A DNA stretch of 64,000 bases from the human T2T-CHM13v2.0 reference genome, Homo sapiens (GCF_009914755.1 NC_060935.1); one strand, 5' to 3'. Counted from the stretch's first letter, positions 30,201 to 56,149 are shown. Notes: generated by a model not told the origin, from the sequence alone. Made by a program: numbers and translations.

Positions 30201-30351
30201 CAGGCCTGATGCCTCGATACAGCTAGATGTACAAAAATATATCATTCAAAGTCATGAAAACCATCATCATATTGGTGTGACCTCCTTCCTCCCCTTGGGC
30301 ACAGCTTTTGCAACTACCTCCTTTGAAATCTGGGAGTTGGTGGGGCAAGGG

Positions 30352-33117
<2,766 letters not shown>

Positions 33118-33127
33118 TCAGTTCACC

Positions 33128-33166
33128 TCAGGGGAGCAGCAAGAGCGAAGCTCTGGGCGCCACCAT
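33128..33166 (-). other. Upstream ORF in MRPL11 leader (MVAPRASLLLLP*), overlapping a YY1-like motif
   Basis: AAG ATG G strong Kozak context; TGA 28 nt before the main ATG. Confidence 0.7.
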
Positions 33167-33478
33167 CTTGGGCCAGAGGTCAAGGGTCCTCACGTTAGGC
33201 TAGGGCAGGTGAGGCCAACAAACAGCAGCCTTGTTTCAACCCTATTGCTCGCCAACTAGTAAGACAAGGAGGATGAGAGGAGGATAAAACACTTTTTAAC
33301 TTGTTTTATGCAGATAAAGGAAGGGCCCGAATGGCCTAGGTACACACATTCCCACAGGAACGCGCACAGGCACTACCTCGGACAGCTAACCAGTAGGGTG
33401 GGACCTTGATACCCCATAGCATTGTGGGTATGGTAGTTTTGACTCCGTGTGCAGGTCCGGCCAATTGCTATGCGCCAG

Positions 33479-33494
33479 GGCGCCATCTGCTGCA
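33479..33494 (-). promoter_or_regulatory. CTCF-like motif upstream of MRPL11
   Basis: Minus strand TGCAGCAGATGGCGCC. Confidence 0.6.
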
Positions 33495-34051
33495 CACGGT
33501 GATAATCCTAGGGTTTGAAATACACCTGGAGCTCCTGATTGGTAATGGAAGTCTCTCCTCTCTCTGTTCCTCACATGCTGTTGAAAGGCAGTACGGTTGA
33601 GTGTAGACCCTGAGCTGGGCACGGTAACTTACGCCTGTAATCCCAGCACTTTGGGAGGCCAAGGCAGGAGGATCGCTTGAGCCCAGGAGTTTGAGACCAG
33701 CCTGGGCAACACAGCAAGACCCCATCTCTACTGGGCGGGAAGATCAGTTGAGTCCAGAAGTTGGAGGCGGCAGTAAGCCAGGATTGCGCCACTGCATGTG
33801 AACTTAATCAAGTTTCTTATGCTTTGTCTCCTCCCCACTACAGCAGGTATTGTAATATGTAGCACCTACCTCTTAGGATTGCTGTGAGGACTAAGTTAGC
33901 AAAGTGCTTAAAACAATGCCCGGCACCTAGTCAGCATGTGCTATTATTAACCGTACGATTAAGATAAAACCTGAGTTGTTGTGAGGCTTAACAGACCCAG
34001 AACATTCGATATATCATCTGTGACCAAATAAGCCAGCATCTTATTGTATCA

Positions 34052-35955
34052 TGAGGAGAGCAAAAATCACCTGGTGACCTTTGAATCATGAGGAGAGCAA
34101 AAATCACCTGGTGACCAGAGACAAAAACTCCTTATCTGAGGAATTGAAAAGTAATTAAACTTCCCTAGTGTGTCCGGAATTGGTGGGTTCTTGGTCTCCC
34201 TGACTTCAAGAATGAAGCCGTGGACACTCACGGTGAGTGTTACATTTCTTAAAGGCTGCGTGTCTGGAGTTTGTTCCTTCTGATGTTTGGATGTGTTCTG
34301 AATTTCTTCCTTCTGGTGGGGTTCATGGTCTCGATGGCTCAGGAGTGAAGCTGCGGACCTTCGCGGTGAGTGTTACAGCTCTTAAGGCGGCGCGTCTGGA
34401 GTTGTTCCTCCCAGTGGGTTCGTGGTCTTGCTGGCTTCAGGAGTGAACCTGCAGACCTTTGCGGTGAGTGTTACAGCTCACAAAGGCAGTGTGGACCCAA
34501 AGAGTGAGCAGTAGCAAGATTTACTGCAAAGAGCAAAAGAACAAAGCTCCCACAGTGTGGAAGGGGACCCGAGCGGGTTGCCACTGCTGGCTGGGGCAGC
34601 CTGCTTTTATTCTCTTATCTGGCCCCCGCCCCACATCCTGCTGATTGGTCCCTTTTACAGAGAGCCGAGTGGTCTGTTTTGACAGGGTGCTGATTGGTGC
34701 GTTTACAATCGCTGAGCTAGACACAAAGGTTCTCCATGTCCCTACTAGATTAGCTAGATACAGAGTGTCCACACAAAGGTTCTCCAAGTCCCCACCAGAG
34801 TAGCTAGATACAGTGTCCATTGGTGCATTCACAAACCCTGAGCTAGACACAGGGTGCTAATTGGTGTGTTTACAAACCTTGAGCTAGATACAGAGTGCCG
34901 ATTGGTGAATTTACAACCCCTAGCTGGACATAAAGATTCTCCAAGTCCCCACCAGAGTAGCTAGATACAGAGTGTCGATTGGTGCATTTACAATCCCATA
35001 CAATCCTAGACATAAAGGTTCTCCACGTCCCCACCAGACTCAGGAGCCCAGCTGGCTTCACCCAGCGGATCCCGCACCCGGGCTACAGGTGGAGCTGCCT
35101 GCCAGTCCTGCGCCGTGCGCCCGCACTCCTCAGCCCTTGGGTGGTCGATGGGACTGGGTGCCGTGGAGCAGGGGGTGGTGCTCGTCGGGGAGGCTCGGGC
35201 CGCACAGGAGCCCATCGGGGGCGGGAGGCTCAGGCATGGCGGGCTGCAGGTCCCGAGCCCTGCCCCGCGGGAAGGCAGCTAAGGCCCGGCGAGAAATTGA
35301 GCACAGCAGCTGCTGGCCCAGGTGCTAAGCCCCTTACTGCCCGGGGCCGGTGGGGCCGGCCGGCCGCTCCGAGTGCGGGGTCTGCCGAGCCCACGCCCAC
35401 CCGGAACTTGCGCTGGCCCGCAAGCACCGCACGCAGCCCCGGTTCCCGCCCGAGCCTCTCCCTCCACACCTCCCTGCAAGCTGAGGGAGCCGGCCCCGGC
35501 CTTGGCCAGCCCAGAAAGGGGCTCCCACAGTGCAGCGGCGGGCTGAAGGGCTCCTCAAGCGGGGCCAGAGTGGGAGCCCAGGCAGAGGAGGCGCCAAGAG
35601 CGAGCGAGGGCTGTGAGGGCTGCCAGCACGCTGTCACCTCTCTCTAGTATCCAATGTTGGCATCTGGTTCCAGGACTCTTCAACTTAAAATTTATAAGCA
35701 ACTAGAATTTCTAAACATCTCGGGAATGCCATGCCAAAACTCACTTTGCAACCCTTGCTGACATTAAGGCACCAGAATTACTACAAATGTAATCATTTAT
35801 CAGACCTAAGTGGCTAGTGTGGTCCAAATTGCCCTCAAGCTCCCTCTTTAAGGTCCATAAATACCCCTAAGGAAAATCCGCCAGCATGGTCAGTCCTCTC
35901 TTGCTGAGGCATCCCTCTGCACTCCTCTGCAGTGTTCTTTCTAATAAAACTTTCT
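34052..35955 (+). mobile_element. Older ERV1-class LTR split by the LTR12 insertion
   Basis: LTR-like sequence on both sides of LTR12, TATA-like CATAAATA and AATAAA near 35943; family not resolved. Confidence 0.55.
34169..35643 (-). mobile_element. Solo LTR12 (ERV9 LTR, LTR12C-like)
   Basis: GAGCTAGATACAGAGTG/GATTGGTG tandem enhancer repeats, CpG-rich U3, LTR12 termini, 4-bp TSD CTAG at 34165-34168 and 35644-35647. Confidence 0.93.
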
Positions 35956-36215
35956 GGCCCGGCACGGTGGCTCACACGTGTAATCCCAGCACGTTGGGAG
36001 GCCGAGGCAGGTGGATCACGAGGTCAGGAGTTTGAGACCAGCCTGACCAACATGGTGAAACCCCATCTCTACTAAAAATACAAAAATTAGCTGGGTGTGG
36101 TGGCACGTGCCTGTTGTAATCCCAGCTACTCAGGAGGCTGAGGCAGGAGAATTGCTTGAATCCAGCCTGGGCGACAGAGCAAGACTCTGTCTAAAATAAA
36201 TAAATAAATAAATAA
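35956..36215 (+). mobile_element. Alu (internally deleted right arm)
   Basis: Alu consensus, (TAAA)n tail. Confidence 0.9.
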
Positions 36216-36229
36216 TTTAAAATTTTTTT

Positions 36230-37872
36230 AAAAAGTCAATCTCTCCCTGTCCCATGGGAATTTCCCTAAGAGGGAACATGCTAGATGCCTGCTGTGTGGA
36301 AGGGATAGGGAAGTTCTGAATATCCCTCTTACACTGTTTGCCAAGACCAGCTCGGTCTTGGATACCCTAACCCAGTGGCACTAGAGGAATTAAAGACACA
36401 CACACAGAAATATAGAGTGTGGGGTGGGAAATCAGGGGTCTCACCGCCTTCAGAGCTGAGAGCCATGAACAGAAATTTACCCACATATTTATTGACAGCA
36501 AGCCAGTGATAAGCATTGTTTCTATGGATTATAGATTAACTAAAAGTATTCCTTATGGAAAACAAAAGGATGGGCTGAAACAAAGGGATGGGCTCTGGCT
36601 AGTTATCTGCAGCAGGAACATGACCTTAAGGCACAAATCACTCATGCTATTGTTTGTGGTTTAGGAACACCTTTAAGTGGTTTTCCATCCTGGGTGGGCC
36701 AGGTGTTCCTTGCCCTCATTCCGGTAAACCCACAACCTTCAGTGTGGGCGTCATGGCCATCACGAACATGTCACAGTGCTGCAGAGATTTTGTTTATGGC
36801 CAGTTTTGGGGCCAGTTTGTGGCCAGATTTGGGGGCCTGTTCCCAATACTGTTCTAATTCTTTTCGTAAATTTGGATAAGGATCTAAAGGAGCAGTTGGT
36901 TTGGCTCTGAGTCTTTCTTCCTCTAACCCGCCTGCTGCCCCTTGATCTTCCTGTCCCCTATTCTGTGAGATGTACAAAGGTGGTAAGCATGATATGGGGT
37001 CCCAGGGCTTTTTGGTGGGCAAGGGCTTTTTACTAGGTTCCTTTTCCTCTTCATGGGGGCTAATTCCTTGATCCAACAGAGAGGTAACCTATCTCTTCTT
37101 GTGAGGATGGGATTTTATCATTTACATAGAGAATTAAGGCTTGGCACATCCAATCCTCATCTGAGACAAACTTAGGCCAAAAGACCAAAGGCTTACGAAT
37201 AGGGTCTTTGGGCCAGATAAAAGAACAATACTTTATCATCTTTTGCTTTTCCTTGTCCCTGGTTCGAGGGTTATTCCTCCAAACCTGCAACATTCTCCCC
37301 AAAGGACTATCTGGGGAAATGTCAGAGAAAGTTTATTTGTCTCCATCTTTCCTTTTTTCCCTAGGCCTAGAATTCCTGTTTCCCATTTTCGGTCAGTCTC
37401 TGTGTTGGAGCTTTTCTCTGTGTACTCAACCCTCCCCCCACCCCAGAGGTTTCTTGCACACCACAAGAATCGCTTCATCTGTCTCCAGCTGTTTCCCTTG
37501 CAGGAGAAGGGGACCATGGATTGGGACTCCACACTCACTTCATATCGAAGATACTTCTCAGTCACACACACTTGACCTCCAAAAATGCCCATCCAACAAG
37601 GCAGTACTTATATTCCAATTTTCTGTCCTTGGCTCTCCAATTTTCTGACCTTGGGTCATGCACGAGGTTGCCTGGTTGCCATGGTCCCTGCTTTTCTCCC
37701 TATGTCACCTCTGCTGCCTCCTGAATAACAGTCTCAGGTTTGTCTATGGCCTCTGTGGGGAGCCGGGATGGCCAGAAACAGTGGGCCACCTAAATCAGGT
37801 GGGATGCATCTCCCCTCTCTCCCAGAGTCCCACTCTGCACAGGCACATAGATCCCGGATGAGCCCCCAGATT
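36230..37872 (-). mobile_element. ERV1-class internal remnant: tRNA-Pro PBS, leader and defective gag 5' part
   Basis: PBS TGGGGGCTCATCCGGGAT 37868-37851; gag start MGNRNSR at 37386 with in-frame TAA at codon 18, then SPLGRMLQVW...WPKF; PPLY and FPLRE motifs. Confidence 0.85.
36339..36848 (-). mobile_element. MER9-like solo LTR (HERV-K HML-3) inserted in gag
   Basis: Minus strand starts T(A)TTGGGAACAGGCCCCC and ends GAGCTGGTCTTGGCA; CTGTT duplicated on both sides. Confidence 0.85.
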
Positions 37873-38327
37873 TGTGAGAAACAAGCTCACCCGTCCAAAC
37901 CCAAAGAACGGACTCAGAGGCACGAAGAACAGTGAAAGTGAGACATTTAATAGCCATCTTGCAAGATCGGGTGTCTGATAGGCAGGCATACCTGGGGCAG
38001 CTACAGCAGGTAATTTATCTCCTAGCACCCACTTCCCTTCCCCAGTTCCTCACTGGTTGAGTACTATGGCGTTACAATCATCCCAGACATTGCCTAAGTT
38101 TCATCATCCCCCTCATAAGGATATACACTGGTGACCTTCTCTGCTTTTCAATTTCCCAATAACAAAACTTTCTTCCCTTTTATGGGCTGACTCATCCTCT
38201 ACATTCTGTTCACTTATTATGACATTCTGGGTGCATGAGCCATGCGGTTTGTTACATTCGCAGGCTGGCTCTCAGTGCTTAGATTTATCATGCCTTGAAA
38301 ATGAACCATTTAAAATGTTTTCTCACA
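37873..38327 (-). mobile_element. 5' LTR of the Pro-PBS provirus
   Basis: 455 bp with inverted termini TGTGAGAAA...TTTCTCACA, directly upstream of the PBS. Confidence 0.85.
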
Positions 38328-38805
38328 AACCAATGTATCCCTTCCATGTATTGATTTATTGTCTTTGCTTATAACTCCTAACTCCTTAAAACATATAAAA
38401 CCAAACTGTAACCCAGCCACCTTGGGCACACTTCCTCAGAACATCTTGAGACTGTTCCCCAGGCTATGGTCACCCATATTGGCAGAGAATAAACCTCTTT
38501 AAAATGTTTTACAGAGTTTGGTTTTTCCATTAACATGCCTCATGTAGTAGAATCAGAGAATCCACATAAAACCACCCTGGAAATTGTGGACACATATAAA
38601 ATTTTTATTAGGAATACTTTTGGACTCCCACTAATTAAATATGATTGTCTCTACCTCTGAAGTCCATCAAGGGCTTTATAGCACTCAGGCTTGTTAACCT
38701 TACCACAGCTCTGGAGCCAAGCTACAAAGCCTTGAGCAAGGTAATTAACCTCCCTGTGCTTCACTTTCCCTACCAGTAAAATGGAACCAATAATAGTACC
38801 TATCT

Positions 38806-39108
<303 letters not shown>

Positions 39109-39237
39109 CTATCTGGCAGGAAATTAGTTAATTCATGTAAAGCACTTAGAAAACAGCCTGGCCCAGAGGAAGCAAGGCTGGGTCTGATTTAGCTCTGTGT
39201 GCCCACAGTGCAATAAATCCCTCCTGAATGAAGGAAT

Positions 39238-41243
<2,006 letters not shown>

Positions 41244-41781
41244 GAATCAGGAAGTTGACTGGCATAGCAGGTGGCTAGAGAGCCAAGAGTGCAATCTGGG
41301 GCAATCTGCTCTAGGGGTGCAATTTCCACTTCCGGTCAATGGAAACACAGTTTTGATTATTCTGGCTCTTATAGACTACCAGGAAGCAACTCCCCAGGGT
41401 ACCTCAGTAATATGTGAAATCAAAGTGAGGTCATGTGTGAGGTTCAGTGGCAATAGTAAAGATGAGCCTGGACAGGTGGGTAGGGGCCAAATCATTCAGG
41501 CCTTGTCAGCCCTATTAAGGAGTGTGGACTGTGCAATAGGAAGCCATTGAAGGGTGTTAACCATATGCATCATATTTGCATTTTGAAAAGGTCACCAGAG
41601 CTTGGGTAGGTAGGAGGCATTGGAGGAGCATAATAGTGGATGCAAAGAAACCCATTAGGCCAAGGAAGGAATAGGGTAGAGAGATAATGGTGACTTGGAC
41701 CAGGGAAGAGGAGGGGCACCCATTCATGAGCTATTTAGAAGACAGAATTTATTTTATTCAACCAATGCTTGTGCAGTATGA

Positions 41782-42415
<634 letters not shown>

Positions 42416-42422
42416 TGAGCAC

Positions 42423-44320
<1,898 letters not shown>

Positions 44321-44339
44321 TTTAATGCTATATCACAAG

Positions 44340-45101
<762 letters not shown>

Positions 45102-45907
45102 ACAAGTGTCTTCTATGTTATGAAATATCCCTCCTAAATAGGATTTTACTGACTAGAACGGTTAGGGATGGCCTCTTTGAGGAAGTGACATTAGACTTGA
45201 GAGAAGGAAGACAAGGGACTTGTTTCGGGGAAGAGCCTTCCAAGCAGGAGTAAGTGTGTGTGGACCCCTGAGGCAGGCGTGGGCTGGTTGGCTCTGGAGA
45301 CCACCAAGGAGGTCAGTGCAGCTGGAAGGAATGAGGGAGGGGGCAGGGGAAGGAGAGGAAGTTGGAGAGGATGGGGAAAGCAGATCATGGCAGGCATTGG
45401 AGGGCAGGTAAAGACGTAGGACTTTACTTGGGCTCCAGTAGGAAGTCACTGGAATAGGTAAGTGATGGGATGCAACTTATGCTGTAGAAAGATGACTCTT
45501 GGCTGCTGAAGGGAGGCTACAGAGAGGCCAAGATGGAAGCAGGGACCTGTTAGGAGGCTGTTGTCCTCCAGGTGAGAGATTTTGGTGCTGCAACTAGGGT
45601 CATGAAGGGGGAAGTAGAGAAGATCATTTAGGCAAGTGTCAGTGCACATTGGTTCCACAAATATTCCCCAAAGACCTACTGCATGCCAGGTCCTAGGTCA
45701 GCCACTGGACATACAGAAATGAGAAGGTTTGACATCATCTTTGAGGGTCACACAGGCTATGCACTGGCTTTCTATCTTTCTTGGCCATGAGTATTAGTAA
45801 AAAAAAAATGCATTTTACATTGTGGCCCAATGCACATATGTGACATATACACAGGGAAATACCAGTTTCATGAGACAGTTCATATCTTTACTCTAGGTAG
45901 TGTACTC

Positions 45908-45981
45908 TATTTTCTATTCTGTTCTATTCTATTCTATTCTATTCTATTCTATTCTATTCTATTCTATTCTATTCTATTCTA
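45908..45981. repeat. (CTATT)n pentanucleotide repeat
   Basis: Direct reading. Confidence 0.92.
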
Positions 45982-47192
45982 ATTCTTTCATTAAAAATGC
46001 TGGTTGAACCCATGAAGTCAATTTCATAACTCGCTGGTAACTCACAACCCTACCTTGCAAAAAGCCTTGACCTAACAGGAGAGGTAAATACATGAATAGA
46101 GCACTAGGTGCAGAACCACATGGTGAGTTCTCTGTGAGGGGCAGGCACAGCTGCTGCCCTGCAGGGAGGTGCTCTCTGTGCATCAGCTCAGCTAGCTGCT
46201 GTAACAAAACACCACGGCCTGGGCACGGAAACAACAGAAGTTTATTTTCTCACAGTTGTGGGGGCTGAAAGTCCAAAAGCAAGATGTCGGCAGAGTTGAT
46301 TTCTTCTGAGGCCTCTTACCTTAACTCAAAGATGGCCACATTCTCCCTGTGTCTTCACAAGGTCTTCCCTCTGCTCTGGTGTCTCTGTGTGTCCAAATTT
46401 CCTCTTCTGATAAGAACATTAATCAGATTGGATCAGAGCCCACCCTAATTGGCCTCATGTTAAGTTAAATCAGCTCTTTAAAGGCCCTCTCTCCAAATAC
46501 AGTCACATTCTGAGGTACTGGGGAGCCAGGGCTTCAACATATGAATTTGCAGGGGTCGGGAGACACAATTTGGCCCAAAATAGGCATGTTCCCCAGCCTG
46601 GGGGACAGGGAAGCAGAGGGAACAGCAGAGGTACAGGATAGTGTGGGGCAGGAGGGAGGGGCACATGCTGTGGTGTCAGTGGAGGGTATGGTGTGAGGTA
46701 GGGAGTATCAGGCTGGAAATGTTGGCAGGGGCTGGATCTGAAGGGCCTTGAATCCTGCACCAATGAATGTAGACTAGCTTGCAGAGGGGTGAATCTCAAG
46801 TGTCAGTGCACCGCAAGATTGCCTGGGACATTGTGACAAGTGCAGGGATCCTTGGAGGGGACATCCTAGAAAGCTGCACTTTAATCAGTATCTCAGATGG
46901 ACCAAGACCCACCCTCAGCAAAGAAGATGCAGGTGCCATTGACGAGATGTAAACAGGGGCTTGACACTGGCTCAGTTGGAGAGGATAGATTGGAGGGGCA
47001 AGAATGGAGACAGAGAGGCCATCAAGGGGGCTGTCCTGAGTGCCCAGCCAAGAAATGATGAAGTCTGAATTGATACTAATAGTGGTTGACTTTTAGAGAG
47101 TGTTTAACATATGCCATGAGCCAGGCCTGAGCTAAGCACCCTTCCTGGGTAATCTTACTGATTTCTCACAACAGTCTTGTATGGTAGGTATC

Positions 47193-48120
<928 letters not shown>

Positions 48121-48425
48121 TCTTTATTTTTATTTCATAGTTGAGAAAACCAAGGCTCAGAAAGGTGAAAAGACTTGCCCAAGGTCACAACTAGGGAGAG
48201 TTGTCTGTCTGTGTGTCAGGAGAGGCAGAACCTAGATCTCAGCCCTGCCTCTCTGGACAGTTGCAGAGGGGATCGCAAGGTTGATGGGAGCTGTGGGGAC
48301 ATAGTAGGCAGGACTTTGTGACAGGTTGAATGTGGGCAATGGCAGGGGTGGGGTATGAACTACTTGCAGGCAGTTCTGGGTCCCTAACTCTCCATGTCAC
48401 CAATCAAAGGTCAAAGGGAGCCCAG

Positions 48426-49096
<671 letters not shown>

Positions 49097-50492
49097 AAAG
49101 GGAGCCCAGACTCCTCGCTCTCATCTGCCTTCCCCCTCCTCTGTCTGCTCTTCCCTGCTCCTCCTGGGGGCTCCCCAGGTACCAAGCAAGAGGCTGATGT
49201 TGCTTGTGTATGATAGCTACAAATCTCCGGCTTGTTATCCTTACTTGCTCATTTGGTTACCGGAGGGATTATTTTAGTGAAGTCTATCTCCTCCTTCTTG
49301 CTGCCAGAGTGTGAAGCCTCAGATGTCACTTCTCAGGGGGTACAGCCTTGGGTACCCAGTCATCATGGGTTAACAAGGGTTTTGACAGGACTCTCTTTGA
49401 CTGACTCGTCCCCTGACACACCCAGCTGTTAGGCTCCAGTAATTGCCAGCTGAGTTGTCTATTACTGTATTTTCAACAAAGCTCTGGGGTATAAACTCCT
49501 CCACAAATGGATCCAGTCAAACCTGGTGATGCCTTTGAAGAAACAGTCCTGGAGGTCAGTGTCTGAGATTTGTTCTGACTCTAGCAGGATTCTCCAGTTT
49601 CCCTTTCCCCAGTTTCTCTCCAGCAAACTAGCCAGCCTGCAATTTAACCTGTATCTCCAAAGTCCATCAATCTCCCCTCTATTGCTTTTCCCCATAACCT
49701 CCAGTATTTTGAGAGTGCTCTTGGGCTTGAACTTAAACTTCTCTACAACCTGTAACAAATGTTCCTTTAGGGAAAGATCTGGAGCTCTCTCTCTTACTAC
49801 CTACTTTTTTTTTTTTTTTTTTTTTTTCAATACTTGATCTTGCTCTGTCACCCAGGAGGCTGGAGTGCAGTGGCACAATCTTGGTAACTACAACCTCTGC
49901 TTCCTGGGTTCAAGTGATTCTCCTGCCTCAGTAGCTTGTATTACAGGCATGCACCACCATACCCCGCTAATTTTTGTACTTTTAGTAGAGACGGGGTTTC
50001 ACCATGTTGGCTAGGCCAGTCTCGAACTGCTGATCTCAAGTGATCCAACCACCTCAGCCTCCCAAAGTGCTGGGATTACAGGCGTGAGCCACCATGCCCC
50101 GGCCTTACTACCCACTTCTGTTCCGAAGAGAAATCTCTGAGCCAGGGCTCTGGCGCTGGCAGGAACAATAGCTTGCCACTCTCTGAGTGACACCCCCACG
50201 TTAGGAGCTGAGTGCTTGGAGGAGGGCAAGTGCAGCAGCCCCAGGTCTCCTCAGCTCCCCTCCTCCACCCTCTGAATGGAACCCCCACTCCACAAGTGGG
50301 GTAAGAGTGAATTGTGCCCCAGTGTTCTCAGCAGTGCCATGCCCAGTGTTGGGTATCCATCTTACCAGTGGGGGCTGGGTGGAAGAGGGGCACCTCCACA
50401 TCTCAGATACACTCACCTAGAACTCAGCCTCAATAACAGGTAGCTGGGGCAGGATGAAAAATGCTGATGTCCAGTCCCTCCTGAAAAGATAG

Positions 50493-52226
<1,734 letters not shown>

Positions 52227-54358
52227 ATTCCTCTCATCAAGGTTGGGGTCTAAGTTCCTCCCCTTGAATCTGGTGGGCATGTTATTGTTCTGATTGATAG
52301 AATAAAGCAGAAGTGACACTGTGTGACATTGTGGCTTTTTTTTTTTTGAGACACGGTCTCACTCTTCCGTCTAGGCTGATGCAATCATAGCTCACTGTAC
52401 CCTCTACCTTCCAGGTTCAAGCAATCCTCTTGCCTCAGCCTCCAGCGTAGCTGGGATTACAGGTATGTGCAACCACATCTGACTAGTATTTTAATTTTTC
52501 ATAGAGATAAGGCACGTTAGGCCAATCTCAGATTGCTATAAAGAAATACCTGATGGCCAGGCGTGGTGGCTCATGCCTATAATCCCAGCACTTTGGGAGG
52601 CCGAGATGGGCAGATCACATGAGGTCAGGAGTTCAAGACAAGCTTGGCCAACATGGTGAAATCCCATCTCTACTAAAAATACAAAAATTAGCCGGGCGTG
52701 GTGGTAGACATCTGTAAATCCCAGCTACTTTGGAGGCTGAGGCAGGAGAATCGCTTGAACTGGGAGGTGGAGGCTGCAGTGAGCCGAGATCACACCACTG
52801 CACTCCAGCCTGAGTGACAGAAGGAGACTCTGTCTCAAAAAAAAAAAGAAAGAAATACCTGAGACTAGGTAATTTATAAAGGAAAGAGGTTTAATTGGCT
52901 CACAGTTCTGCCAACTATACCAGAAGCATGATGCTGGTATCTGCTCAGCTTCTGGGGAGGCCTCAGGAAATTTACAATCATGGTGGAAGGTGAAGGGGGA
53001 GCAGACATGTCACATGGCCAGCAGGAGCAAGAGAGAGTGAAGTGCCACACACTTAACCCCAGATCTCATGCGAATTCATTCACTATCACAAGCATAGCAC
53101 CAAAGGGATGGTGCTAAACCATTAATGAGGAACTGCCCCACCAATCATCTCCCACCAGGCCCCATCTCCAACATTGGGGATTACATTTCAACATGAAATT
53201 TGAACAGGGACATATATCCAAACTATATCACGAGGTCTCACTATTGTTGCTCAGGCTGTTCTTAAACTCCTGGACTCAAGCAATCCTCCCACCTCGACCT
53301 CCCAAAGCTGCTGGGATTACAGGCATGAGCCACTGCTCAGCCTCACTGTGGCTTTTGTCTTAGACTCTTGGGTCACTTGTTTGGGAGAATCCAGCTGCCG
53401 TGTTGGTGTTGTAAGAACATTCAAGCTGTCCTCCAGAGAGGTCCACATGAAGAAGAACCCAGGCTTCCTGCCAACATCCAGCGCTCACTTTCCAGGCATA
53501 TGAGTGAGCCTCTGGGAAGTAGATCACCCGGCCCTCAAGCTTTCTTATGACTAAAGTCCCAATTGACTTCTTAACTGCAACCCCATGAGACACTTGAGCC
53601 AGAACTCAGGTCCCAGCATAGGAAAACAGTGTATTTCATGGCAAATATGACACCATCTGGAAGTGAAACTCTTGTGGTGACTGATGTTTGACCCCCACAT
53701 ACCAAGGTGCTCTGCAGTAAGCTCTTTAAACAACACCTTCTAGCATAGAAAGCCCCTCACAAAGATGCTTATCTAAACCCCGCCAGTGGTCATGGATCTT
53801 GGCAAAAAGAAGTCTGAAGACGTGACCAGCTGCACATGTTTTACCCTAAAAGAGAAAGGATACCTTCTGGAGTGTGGGTGCAGGGATCCATTGTCTTGCA
53901 GCCGCCTAAGACATCACTTCTGTTTCTAAGTCATTAAATGTTTCTTTCTGAGAAACTGGATTTGTCAGTCTCTTTCTTCAGCCTCTCAGCTTTCTTGGAC
54001 TTTGGGGGTAGGTTTGCATGGAACTGCTCATAACACTCAGCTAAACTGCTTTCAAGTTCCTGATTCCTAGAAACTGTATGAGATTAAACACTTACTCTTT
54101 TAAGCTGCTTAGATTGGGATAATTTGCTACTCAGCAATAACTAAGACAGATTTGGTGCCAGCTGGGCACAGTGGCTCACACCTGTAATCCTAGCCCTTTG
54201 GAAGGCTGAGGCAGGAGAATTACTTGAGCCCAGGAGTTCAAGACCAGCCTGAGCAACATAGTGAAACTCTGCCTCTACAAAACATAAAAATAAAAATTAG
54301 CCAGGCACAGTGGCATGCTCCTGTGGTCCCAGCTAATCAGGAGGCTGAGGTAGGATGA

Positions 54359-54771
<413 letters not shown>

Positions 54772-54788
54772 TAGTGAGCAGAGGCTAG

Positions 54789-55458
<670 letters not shown>

Positions 55459-56149
55459 TGATACATGGGCCTCCCCATATGGGAAGTGCACAAAATGGCA
55501 GCTTGCTTTTCTAAAGCCAGCAAGGAGTGAGAGAGACCCCAGCAAGACAGGTGCTACAAACTTATATAACATAATAACATCACTATGTGCATGTAATCAG
55601 GCACAACCCATCACCTTTGCCATATACTGTTGGTTAGAAGAAAGTCATAGGTCCTGCCCACCCACATTCAAGGGAAGGGGTTGACATAAAGGTGTGAATA
55701 CCAGGAGTGAGGGATCATGGGACTACTTTAAGAAGACTGATGGCCTTAGAGAAGGCTGATAGTGAAAGCTGAAAGGAAAGTGGGAAAATATTATTGGATC
55801 TCAAGGGAAGGAGATCCTTGTTGTATAGTGGCAGGTAATTTAGCAACATTGTCATCCTTCATAATGTGTAGATTGGTATGGTAGCTCCTACCTGCAATCT
55901 CGACAACTCAGAAGGCTGAGGCTGGAGGATCACTAGGAGTTTCAGAACGGCCTGGGCAACATAGCTAGACTCTATCTCTAAAAAAATGTTTTTAAATAGA
56001 AATAAACTAAGCTGGGCATGGTAGCATGTGCCTGTAGTCCCAGATACTGCAGAGGCTGAAGCAGGAGGATTGCTTGAGCTCAGGAGCTCAAGGCTGCAAG
56101 TAATGCACCATTGCACTTCAGCCTGGGCAACAGAACAAGACTCTGACAA

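Noticed and set aside
34680-35040. Regular 40-bp-scale repeats resembling an array
   Set aside because: Normal U3 enhancer repeats of LTR12
34979-35647. 222-aa ORF
   Set aside because: Lies wholly within the GC-rich part of LTR12
49462-49837. Opposite-strand ORFs of about 100 aa in non-Alu sequence
   Set aside because: Non-ATG starts, no family recognised, no supporting splice structure; a tblastx search would settle it
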